Part shown: piece after piece, positions 1 through 12,000 of the stretch
Layout of the letters: each line of letters starts with the position of its first letter
Numbering within the stretch: position 1 is the stretch's first letter
Source: Owenia fusiformis
Taxonomy: Eukaryota
Length of the DNA: 64,000 nt
Direction: 5' to 3'
NCBI GenBank assembly: GCA_903813345.2
Contig: CAIIXF020000001.1
Coordinates: 1-64,000 of the forward strand
Translations under genes and position numbers: made by a program
Notes under the pieces: model-generated
The model's database searches: none
What the model was told of the DNA's origin: nothing
What the model saw: the letters and a program-made list of their open reading frames with translations, nothing else

Positions 1-1099
1 ATACTAACCGTACTAAACGCTAATAAATGGATTTGGAAGTACAAATGCACATATGAACAAATGATGAATATATTGCAGCAAAGAGCTTGAAACAATGTTC
101 ACCGTTTATACAGTTTAAGTTAAACTAAATAACAGCAACGCCAAAGCGTAGAAAATTAATATTTGATCTTGAACATCAAACATCAAACATTAAATGCTAA
201 GATTTCAACATCATGCTCTTGGTGCAGAACATGGTGTTTTACTTGTTTTAATCGAATATGTTTATCCTTGGTCGGGAATAGCAAATATGACGTAAATAAA
301 GGGATTACAAGCTTTATTCCTATTCTAGTCTACTGTAAAGAAACGTATACCCGGTTTTTGGGTACCCGGTTTTTTCGACCGGGTACCGGGTACCAAGTCC
401 GAACCCAGCAAACCCAGTTAAATACAATGCCTATTATGTAATGTATTGACATTAAGTAAATGATTACATGATATCTATCACACTTATTGACAGTTATAAC
501 TCTTCCCATCTGATGTGCTCAGATCACAGAATATGCCTCATAATATCAGAGCATGTTCAGGTGAAACAGAAAGATGCTATGAGTATCAGAATGGTCCTTC
601 ATGTATTCCTGACTATCAAAATTTTAAAACGTACATCAAACCTACATCAAAGTTTTTGTGTCAAATCAGTTAATGATGACACCGGGCGTACATCTAAAGT
701 GTACGGTGGTATATTTTGTCACTGTACGTTATCGGCTTTATCGATGGTTAATGTCTCATACGTAGTAATAGGGTCTCGAGAATTTTAGTCTAGGCAATTC
801 CACCCACACAATTCAGACCGGTTGGTAAATTTTGATTATATTCACATGGACGTAAAGGAATTGCATAGAAAAGACTCGTGCTATTCTTTCCTAAGATAAA
901 TCTTTTAAAACCTACGATCACAATTTTTGCTTCAAACAGCTAAAGTTTACACCCGTATATTTTGTCATTGTACGTTGTACGTGAGTACATGAGGTTGACA
1001 GACTAACATTTTGCTACTTCATTGTTCTTAGGAGTGTGTAAAATCTAGAAAGATGTTATCATATTTAACTTTTTATTGAAAGATGCAAGGAAAAAACAA

Positions 1100-1258
1100 G
1101 AAATTCTGGTCGAAATGTTCGTCGGTCGCAATTTTATTGCAACATTTCTTTTGTTCTTGAAATGCTACTGGAGCGCCACCGTTCGTTAATTATATGCAAA
1201 TATTTTCAATTTTCCATGAGTTTTTGTCTTCATTAAAAGAGATTTTCTTCAAAACCAG
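1100..1258 (+). other. Possible non-coding 5' UTR exon of RERE (start position uncertain)
   Basis: Consensus donor CAG|gtgagt at 1259 in non-repetitive, CpG-retaining sequence upstream of the 5760 acceptor; no transcript evidence. Confidence 0.3.
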
Positions 1259-2221
1259 GTGAGTGCAACAAATATTGTGATCGATATTATTATGAAACGT
1301 GTCCTAATAGTCAAACTGAGTGACATATTGTTTACAATAGCATTACAAAATGTCTATAATCAAGCTTTATAAACTCACATCGCGTTGTGGGTGATAATAG
1401 GCAAAATGAGGCACGGTCAGTGTCAATGATTTTTAAACATCCGGGGTGATTCTGTGATATCTGTTAGGCTATGAACACACACTTGAATTGCTTTATGTTA
1501 TCAAGTTCTTCGAAAAGTTTATTACTGCATTGTAAGGAAGCATGTAGATTGGTTTAGCCTGAGGCTAGATCTAAATAAACAATAACAAAGAATTTTGAGG
1601 TTCACTTCCTGCTTGAAGCTTTCATATATAATATATATAAACTATTCTGTAGAATAAAGTCTCCTCAATATTACTACGGCATCAAAAAAGCTATCAGAAT
1701 TACCTCATGCATGGGACCCAACTTACATGATTTCTAGATGGTAGTAAACACTCATGAATGTAACCACATAAGCTTAATTTGTCAACAAAAGCATGAGCGC
1801 AATATCAAAGATATGTAAAATAACTGTCAAAATAACCAAAGTCACTAACTAGCTCGCAATTTTCGGAAGTTATGGTACTGTATACAGTACTGTCAATCCC
1901 CAAAGATTTTCTCGCGGGACAGATTTTTTAGACCCAGTGCCCAAAATTCGCGGGAATTCGGGGGACATCCACCTAAATTTATGGGATTTCGCGGGACATA
2001 TAAGTAATTTGCATGATTGCGCTAATACTTCAAATTTTGATCAACTTCGCAGGATTTCACGGGACCATTCGAGGGACAAACACACTAATTGCGGGACAGT
2101 AACAGTAGTAGCCACATGCATAGTAAAAAGGCTAACGTTGGATCTATTTGTGACCTACATCCCTATTTTCGTAATTAAAATGAAAGTTGAACTCTTCCTC
2201 TTTATTTTGATACTAAATAAC

Positions 2222-4213
2222 GGGAATGTGCTAAAAACCCTTCGACCCTACGACCTATTACTTACTGGGTGTCAAGAATTTTTGGAATTATATTTTTTAT
2301 AGAAACCCTTTGACCTTCAATTTCTCAGACCATATGAAGTTGCTGGAAATATTACTATGTGTATCAACTTAAGAATCTGTCCCTAGAGAGTTAAAGATAT
2401 TTGTTGTATTCAAGCACATAATTTCGAACGTGAATGTTTCTTACCTCCTCCATTGAAGAGTCAGAAAAAATATTTGAGCTTTTCCCATCATATTGTAAAT
2501 GTTGCGCTTCGTGCATATTTTCACGAGGTCAAATCAAATTTTATATACAGTTTAAAAGAGTACTGTCTTTTGATTTTATCAATTTTGATTCCATTTGGAT
2601 TTGTATAGTTATGAATCTTAAGTCCAATAAATGAGTAGGGCCATAAGAAATAGATTTTTTGTTTTGCGTCCTACAAAATCCAAAGCTTGCAAGGGTACAA
2701 GGAAAATAAACACAAACTCATAATGGCCACCTAGCCAATGTGCCATGCTTATGAGTGTGAACATATCAAATGTGAAAAATCAGCCCCCTACTTTTCGAGT
2801 TAAAAACGCAAAATAACACACATTAAGTTAGAAGCTTTTTTTTAAAATGGCTGCCTACTTGCCAAAGTGTCATAAGATAGTGTGGCATGCTTATAAGTAT
2901 TCACATATTAAATATGAAAAAATCGCTCCATAGCCTATTACTCTTCCCAGTTACAGCAACAATCGTAAAATAGCAAGATCACTGTTATTTTGATTCGTAA
3001 CCAGGAAGTTCATCCATTTTGTTACATTGACGTAATGTAGTTCCGTCAAAGTAACTAGTTGTGGATGTGAAGCTGGCCACCATGTTTTTTACCTCATTAA
3101 ATATTTAAGTTTTCAAGTTAATCAATATCCTATCTAATGTTTTTCATTCAAAACATACTGTTTTATATGTTATAACTAAAATGTCGTAAAATTTACACAA
3201 ATGGCGGCCATTTCTAAATTGGCAGCCATTCATAAAATTGGTTTTCGAGCAGAACTTGCGCTTTCATGGGCCATATACATGTAAATTTAAACGATATTGG
3301 TCCAATCATTTGAGTAATCATCTGGACGGACGGACTGATGGATGTATGTACTTTCTACTTAGAATTTTGACGCACATCAAATTGTCCGCTATTTCTGATT
3401 CAGATTGAACGAAAAATGCGATGGTATGTTCAGACCCTTGGGGTTGCTATTTGGAAGTGATTGTTTTTCTGATTTGCTTAAAATCTTGCAAGCAAAAGGA
3501 CGCAAAACAAATAATCTAATTCTTATGCCCTAGTCTAAATTAGTGTGTTTGTTCATTTCCTGCCTACCGGGCATAGAAGAAAATCATTCATTTTCAGTTA
3601 TTCATGTTCTTTCTGGTCAAATATCGAGAAAAGTACATGTCCATTAATTGTGAGAATTATTTCTTAAATTATCGGTGAATTAAGCTTTTTAATGGTGTAT
3701 AAAACTTTGTAATTAGTTTTATATTTCTAGAGATATCATAATTTGAAAAGTGTGTTTTTCAGCGCGATTCTTATATTCCTTACGCAATTCAGCTGCACTA
3801 TTCACACCTTTGATTGACAGGCTAGCGGTAGATTATTAATTCTTTGAAGTGACAATGTTTTGAGTTATACAAACCTTCCTAATTCATGAATATTCATATT
3901 GTCATAGATACATTTTATGACCAGAGATTCTAGAGTTCTCACGATTTCCGCTGAGTCTAATAACCATCATATTTGTAATGTGTGGGGTTGGTGTAAAAAA
4001 TCGGTAACAAGAGGACTGGGTACCAACTATGTTTCCATTGAAAGAGTCAGTACGTACGAGTACAAAACATATTCCAATTAGGTAGATTAAATCCTACGGG
4101 GAACTGAAGTTTGAACTATACATAATCATGTATAAACTAGAAAACTAGACTGGGAAATCTCGACACTCAGTAAGTTGAAGGGTCGTAGGTCGAAGGGTTC
4201 TAAGAACATTCCC
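2222..4213. mobile_element. TIR element nested in 1885-4577
   Basis: ~35-bp TIR GGGAATGTGCTAAAAACCCTTCGACCCTACGACC / GGTCGTAGGTCGAAGGGTTCTAAGAACATTCCC; flanks AAATAAC / AAATAAT. Confidence 0.65.
2637..3531. mobile_element. TIR element nested in 2222-4213, itself holding an inverted Helentron-type fragment (~2720-3345)
   Basis: TIR AGGGCCATAAGAAATAGATT...TTTTGCGTCC / GGACGCAAAACAAATAATCTAATTCTTATGCCCT; the interior resembles the reverse complement of 20914-22166. Confidence 0.6.
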
Positions 4214-4879
4214 AAATAATGGCATACTAGGTACTTTAGAAGCCAACTATGGTGTTATTTGGATCAAAATCACAGTTTTTTAAATGGACCATATGCTCTT
4301 TCCAAAAGCAGTCTTGGATGAGCTGATGCACTAGGAGTTTGGCAGCACTTTTCAAATTAGGTAAACTTTACTCCTCAAAAGTGCAAAAAACTTAGCTTCT
4401 TATATCACAAGATAATCACAATTATTAAGCCTAGGGGATTGCAACAATTTTGGAAATTCGCAAATGTCAAAGCTGACATTTGTGGGACTTCGCGGGACAA
4501 AACGGGACACACAAATTAGCAAAATTTTGATCAAATTTGCGGGATAATCCCACCATTAACGGGACTTGACAGCTCTGGTTATATTAATGAACATACATGT
4601 CTATTGTCTAACTAAATGTATGCTCGCTTATTTATGGATGACTAAACCAAAAGCGAATATCCAGGTCAGTGATCTGGGTATTGACCCCTTGGCGTATTGA
4701 TTACATCATCGCAACAGGGCTACTGTGTTAATAGATTAATATATCAGACTATTCTCCCTTTTAAAAGCCTGAAGCAGGAAGGAATATAGCATGTAACCGC
4801 CAATATAGCATGTAAAAGCCTTCAAGTCTTTCTTATAACATGTTATCCTCCATTGTTCTGTAAATGAACATCAAACTTT

Positions 4880-5309
4880 GAACAAATATTTCACTTTATT
4901 GAGGTGAATACCTGTACATCTTTCACAAGTGATATTCCACGAAGCCCGAAGGGCAAGTGGAATATCACCTTGTGAAAGTGCTACAGGTATTCACCGAAAA
5001 TAGAGTGAAATATTTGTTTTATTATATCACTGTCTAGTTAAACATCCCTAATATTATTAAGTCATTAAGTCTTCAGATATTTTTACGAATCTACTATGTT
5101 CGTCTGCCATTTTGACTTAAACTGAACTAAATTATTTACACTGAACGAAAACAGATTCTTTGAAAATTCCTGGGAGCGTGGGATATCGCTAGATATCTCA
5201 CGGTTGTCTTATCTGATTAGCATTGCAATTGAATATCGCCAGATATCCCACGACATGTGACCCGGTTTTGACCAATCATACTGTCGCTAGCTAGATAGTG
5301 ATATAATAA
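4880..5309. mobile_element. Hairpin-headed non-autonomous element with asymmetric inverted repeats
   Basis: ~60-bp stem around GCCCGAAGGGC (4880-5020), then TTATTATATCACT pairing with AGTGATATAATAA at 5297-5309. Confidence 0.6.
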
Positions 5310-5805
5310 TTGGTAATATTCAATGGTTTTCTTTAAGACATGGTTTGTTGACATGCCCCATATATCATTTCCATGAAATCTCCAGATTTTGGAGAGCCTG
5401 GGTGCAAATAAATCAAGAAAATTTTCAGGCCACTGAAAAAAATCAAACAAAGATCTTGCACATAATAAATAACATCTAGCAAAGAGGTTTAGGAATTAGT
5501 GAGAGGCGCATTCAGATTTCAAATTTTTCTCAGTTCTCCGCAAGGTCAAGCAAGGTAGATCAGCCCTGGTCAGATTACTGTTCTGCCAAATGTTGTCTAA
5601 CATACAGTTATGAGAATATTTTTTAAACAATTATTAGAAATATTTGAAGAACTATTTTATCAGAGAAATAAACATCTACTTATTCACTGATGTTTAAAAA
5701 ACACAAAAATAAACCATTGAATCCCATAAACAGCTTCAAATAATTATGATTTTCTTACAGTCTTTCAGGCTTCATATTTGAAGTGAGATCATAGATGTGA
5801 CACAG

Positions 5806-6082
5806 ATGGAGCATTTACATGATTCAGGGCCCATAAGAGGCAGGAGCATTCCAACAAATACAATTTCCATGGCAATGAATAGTTCAAACTCAATGAACAC
5901 TTCCACCCCAGAAGCTTTACGACGTAAACGCAAGAAAAAAAAGAAAAGAGGTGGGTTGGATTTACAACGCAGTGGAACTCCCCAAAGGGGAATAGTCCCA
6001 GGAAAAAGCCGTAAAATATTCACACGTGGGACTGAAATTACTAAATTCCGAGCTAGTGATGGAACTATCTATCACAAAGGAG
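5806..6082 (+). CDS. RERE: RERE coding exon 1 (MEHLHDSG...[10 protein letters not shown]...TIYHKG)
   Basis: Acceptor ttacag at 5760 (alternative tttcag at 5768); in-frame TGA at 5779, so ATG 5806 is the first in-frame start; donor G|gtgagt at 6083; basic NLS-like run. Confidence 0.8.
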
Positions 6083-9000
6083 GTGAGTGATAATTTCATT
6101 ATGATCCTTATCTCCATATTAATTAATTGAATCTTATTTAGTGCTTTTGAAACTGAAGTTCATTTCTTTGCACTAAAAGTACAATGTGAAAAGCTGTAAC
6201 CATTGTCATGCTATGATCAAGGTCAAATGTTATAATCAAATTATTAAAATGTACATGAAGAGAAGTGAATGTGATCCTTGGATCAAAGGTTCAATGCCTT
6301 ATCCAGTGAATTTATGTCCAATAACTAGTGGCTGTTTTTAATTTTAAAAAAAACAAACATTCATTTTCTCAGAAATGAGGCAAAGTATCATCTTCATGTT
6401 TTTTAAAATGAATCAAAAACATATTGAACAACATTTTAGATGAATTCTCGAAATCGTTGTCCAACTCTTCAAAAGGGGGGACACGAAAATCTTTCCTTAT
6501 ATGGTCAAAATATTTCCCATGATGCAGTTCGCGTAGGAACAAATTTATACTTCCTTGTTTTCCCTCATAGGTTTAACATGGGGATTTTCACACCTATTTT
6601 TCAAACGATATATTCGTTCATATTACCGTACGAGAGTACAGAAAAAATTATTAGAAACAATTGATCTTTTATTAATCTTAAGGGGCGGGGTCAAAATATC
6701 GATGTTCATATGGAGACGAAAGTACTTTCGCGAGGGGGGAGGGGGGTTTTGGGCACTTTCGTTGACCAAAAAACATCGATAATTCGGATCTGATATACAA
6801 AAAATAATTGGACTTACCCACTTTTTCTGGCGTTATGTTCTGATAAAAAGGCTTGTTTTCAATAGTTCGTGAGCTTTTTTGTGTGATAGGTCCAAAATAT
6901 CGGTAGATAAAGACGATAATTCGATCATTTTTCAAATAAATTCCGTACTTTTCCCTCCTCCTTTTGAAGAGTTCAATGCAGTTAAATTGCGAACGTGTGT
7001 TAATTCACCGTAATAATAACCCGGCAAAAAAACATTACAAGTCACGGCAAAACTGATGCATATAATGATTGTTAAGTGGATGGAATCGCTATAGTATATC
7101 ATCGGTGTATAAAGCAGGCCTGTCAACCGTCCCGCAATTTGCGTATTTGTCACGCATTTGCTGAAGAATTTGAAGTCACGCCAGTTATTTTTGCGTGACA
7201 GAAAATGTCACGCAAATACGCATTTTACCTGGTAATTGTCAAGCAAAAATATTTCTGTAGAAAAATCTCTAAAAAAGATCGTGTACACAGCAAAAATACG
7301 AACGCGGGAAAAAAAATTTACGCATTTCGTTCTGACTTTTCACGCGAATTACGAATATGTCACGCATTCCGTTCGAAATTTTTCGTACCCTCCCCCCCCC
7401 CCCCCCCCCCCGTTGAAGGATGTTTGAAACGCGAGCGAAGTGAGCGCGAAAAATTTGAGGTGTTCAAAATTTGGCAAGATGTAATGAAATTTAAACCAAG
7501 GTGTTCAAAATTTGGATCAAGGTGTTCAGATTTGGACCAAGGTGTCCACATTTTGAGGGGAGGTGTTCAACATTTCCAAGTCACTCATGTTAGGTGTTCC
7601 CAAGTTGACAGGCCTGATAAAGGTAACATGTTCATCAATGTAATCACGGGTTCCAAATCATTTGACAGTCACTGAAAATCAATGTTTTTTTGAAGTGACC
7701 TGAGCTTTCGTCTAGAGGGGGGGTGGGGGGGTTGTTGTCCAAACGAAATTACTTTCGTCTCCATATGAACATTGATATTTTGACCCCGCTCCTAATATAA
7801 CAGCTATTTTTTTCATTATATTGGATATAGCGTGGTGAAAACGATGATTGAAAAGTGAGAAAATATTCCGGAAAAGGTCACGTGATCAGTTGACTGGTCG
7901 CCATATTGGGAAAAAACAATTCCATTCGACTTTCAATACTTTCATGCCAATCTTACCGCACTTCAAACTGCAACATCGATGCAACAACTGAATAAAAGTA
8001 TTCATCTTCAAATTACATTATAAAGTTACGTTGAAAATCCACAAACAACTGAGCAGTAGACCAAAGAAGACGCGTCGCTATTATCTAGGTCAATCTGTTC
8101 AGTGGTCCGAAAGCAAATCTATATTACTCGTTTCCGAATTTTGTTGTTCATTGTACAATCTTTTATTGGTTAAACTCGGTATACTGACTATTAAAGCAAT
8201 GACAAAGAAGAATACTTCCGATGGAATCATTGTTTTATTTAGCGTGCGGGTGTAAAAACAAAATTGCGTAATTAGTTTGATTTAGAACTTTCGGGTCACG
8301 CAAATAGTTACGCGAAATGCATAGTGGGAAAACATTGACCAATAAAATTTTGTCATTTTTGAGTGCTTTTTCAGTACATATTTGCGAACGTTCTGATTCA
8401 AAGAGCGAACCGCGAAAGGGAGAATTTGATGCAAATCACTGAAGTGCCTTTGGTAGAACAAGGGTTTCAAACATGGTGAAAATGATAATTTTTGCAATTT
8501 TTAGGCGATTATTAACATGTTAACAAATGGGCATCAAAAGATGTGGTAGGGGGAGGTCTAAACATCACATTTGATTGAAATCTTTTGTGCTTGCTTTCCT
8601 TTATCAGGAGGCCAACTGGGCAAAATCCATCTTGATTTGAAAAAAAGTTGAAAAGTGAAATACCCTACTCTTCGGCTCATTCAGACTCCTTGTATGAGCT
8701 TAAGAAGTAACCGATTAGTCAGACTTGGTTCAAATATGTTTATATTTTTTAATCATTTTCCTCGCTCTTTGGACTTTTACTAACTTTTTGTCAGTTATTC
8801 CAAATTTATTGTTTTCCTCATTGTATGTCCCTGAGTTAACCTTATTGAGCCAAATGGGGAAAGATCAGTGAGACAAGTCTCAAATACATTTGTAATAAAG
8901 ATGATTAATTGTTTTATATTATTGTTTTCCTCATTGTATGTCCCTGAGTTAACCTTATTGAGCCAAATGGGGAAAGATCAGTGAGACAAGTCTCAAATAC

Positions 9001-12000
9001 ATTTGTAATAAAGATGATTAATTGTTTTATATTATTGTTTTCCTCATTGTATGTCCCTGAGTTAACCTTATTGAGCCAAATGGGGAAAGATCAGTGAGAT
9101 AAGTCTCAAATACTTTTGTAATATAAATGATTAATTGTTTTTGTATTTTATTGCTTTCCTCACTTGGTCTTAGTATAAAAACCACTTGTAAAGAATTATA
9201 CCCTTAAGAAAAAAGCCATGGTAACCATGGTATTCCATGGTGCGTCCATGGTAATCCATGGTTTTCCATGGAAATTCATGGTTTTCCATGTTATTTTCCA
9301 TGGAAATTCATGGACGCCCATGGTAATCTTCCATGGATATTTACCATGATTTTCCGTGGTAATTGGTGGTTTGATAATTGGTTTTTAATGGATGTGTCAT
9401 GGGCGGCTTTTGACACATGGAGATGTAAAATCAACAATTATGGTAGGATTTGTATTTACCAAAATCTCCAAAATTAATGTTTTGATGATATATCCCAGTT
9501 GGACTGAGACTTATCATAGAGAAAAAAGGTGGACATTTCATTTTTTAGGTTTAGCAAGAACGTTCATTGAATGTTAAACTCAGCTTCCTTACAAATTAGA
9601 AAATATGTGAAAATTATATAATTTTTTTATATAGAAATATGATAGTGCAGTTAATGCAGCACAGAGTAGGCCACAAGATTTCAAAAACAATTGTGCAAAG
9701 GGCTTTTGTGTAGATCAAGACTAGATAGAGGTTGCTTATTTTTTAGGCCAAACACTTCTTTCCTTTGAAAAAGATCAAGTCAAACTAACCCAAGCTCTGT
9801 TTTTATTTCAATACTTTCTTTAATTTTCAGTTTTAAAAATCAATATGAAATAATTTAATAAATAATTTTTTTAAAATTACATTTCGTATATTTGAGAATA
9901 CAATCAAAAACCATGGTTTCTTTCTTTGAAGTTGAGGAAACTGTAATCAAAAGCCATGGAAGTCGGTTGATTGCAATCGAAAGCCATGCTTTTCCATGAT
10001 TATTTCTTTGATGTTTCGGAAAGTGCAATCAAAAGCCATGGTTTTCCATGGTTATTCTTTTGATCTTTTGAAAGTCCATGGTTTTCCATGGGCTATTTGT
10101 TTGGTCTTTTGGAAGCAGAAAAAAGAATAAAACATTTTGTTTCTAAATGAATTCTCCAAATTAAGTCCCATTCAACCTTTATAAGAATATTATCTCTCAA
10201 ATTAATGTTAAAAAATTAATCTCTTTGCAACAGATTATAATAGTTCATTTGCATAATTCTTAAATATTCTGATCTTAATTGTTATTATATATGATAATCT
10301 TACTCTTTCTAATGCTCCCTCTTCAGTAATTATTATTGTCGGTGAGTGTAGACAGTGCAAGTCAAAAACTCATTGTTGATCAAATAAAACCAAATAGGAT
10401 TTACTCCAAATAAAAATGTTTATTCAGTCTACAATAAGGGAATCCAGTGAGCTGATTTTATCACTTATTTTGTCTTTTTTTACATCAGTGCCAAAGTTAA
10501 ATGAAAGCAAATCCCAGCAAACAAATTATTACTTGTAATTGTGGGGTCAAATCATCAATTAAAAAAATATTAAGTAAAAAGTTCTTTGTCATATGACACT
10601 ATGTACAGAACGTACAAACATATATTCAGATTGTAAAAACATGGTTGTATTTCAGGCCTGAAACCAGCTTTTGTCAAGAAGGTTGACTTTCTCAAAAATT
10701 TGAGGGGGAGGGGCGTCATATTCTTCTCTCTATGATTAGTCTCAATCCAGCTTGGATTCATTCGTTAAAATATTGATTCAATTTTGAAGATTTTGGTAAA
10801 AACAAAACATGCCAAAATTGTTGATTTTACAACTCAAGTGTCATGGTAAAAACATGGCATGTCCATGAAAAAACAATTACCAAACCACTAATTACCACAG
10901 AAAATCATGGTAAATATCCATGGATTACCATGGGTATCCATGAATTTCCATGGAAAATACCATGAAAAACCATGAATTTCCATGGAAAACCATGGATTAC
11001 CATGGACGCACCATGGACGCACCATGGAATACCATGGTTACCATGGCTTTTTCTTAAGGGTAGTCACCTTTCGGATTGGTTTTAGTTTGTGAACATGAAT
11101 TGTAAATTGTAAATAGTTTGGACTAAACTTTAAATTTATAAAAAAAATAAACTATTATGATGAGTTATAAGGAATTGACTTGCTTGTCATTCTTTACAAA
11201 ATTAGATAACTTTAATAATTGATTGGACCAACCAAGGGGTCCAACAGTATGAATAATTAATTTATGGTATCCAAAACAAGATGTACCTCAAAATCAAGCA
11301 ATTTTGATTCCTCAGCCCCATTGTAGAGACTAATTTGCAAACATGGTGCATATTTGATTCTCTCTTTAACTTACATGAAACCTATGTTCCATTTTCAGAT
11401 CATGTCTTCCTTGAGAACAGTCATCCACAACAACCATTCTATGTCTGTTGCATACAGGAGTTCAGACTGGTAAGTACTCATTATCTTGTGTGTATACCTT
11501 CTATTTGGTAGCTTCGAAGTCATTAACAACTGCCTCCTCATGTAAACCAAACTTATCAGATGATATGTGGCATTTTGCGAGTGAAATTGGCAAATTCTGC
11601 AAGCTTTCAATTTTGCAGGAATTTCAGTGTTTTTATTGCAAAAGGGCTATATGGTCATTGTCTTGAGCTGATGGGCATGCATGCATCTGTTTTGGAGGTT
11701 GGGTAGCACCACAATAGTCTTGTCACCAAAGTTCCAGGAAAACTGCTTTCAGTTAAAACTTTTACATATGCAAGAGCAGATAAGTGTCAATATTTGATTC
11801 GGATTCGGGCAAACTTTTGAGTAAATTAAATGGCAGCCATTTTGCAATATTTGCAGTATTTTGCAGTATTTTTGTGTATCTTGTTAGACAAAAAAGACAA
11901 ACATGTAACAATTTGGTGAAGGTATATTCTAGAGCGTGAAAGAGCTTCATAATATTGATATATGGTAAAAACAACTGCCAAAACCATAAATTACAGACGC

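Larger units (their letters stand above)
1885..4577. mobile_element. hAT-like non-autonomous element (outer member of a nest)
   Basis: Imperfect TIR CAGTACTGTCAATCCC / GGGACTTGACAGCTCTG; GCGGGAC subterminal motifs at both ends; TSD degenerate. Confidence 0.5.
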
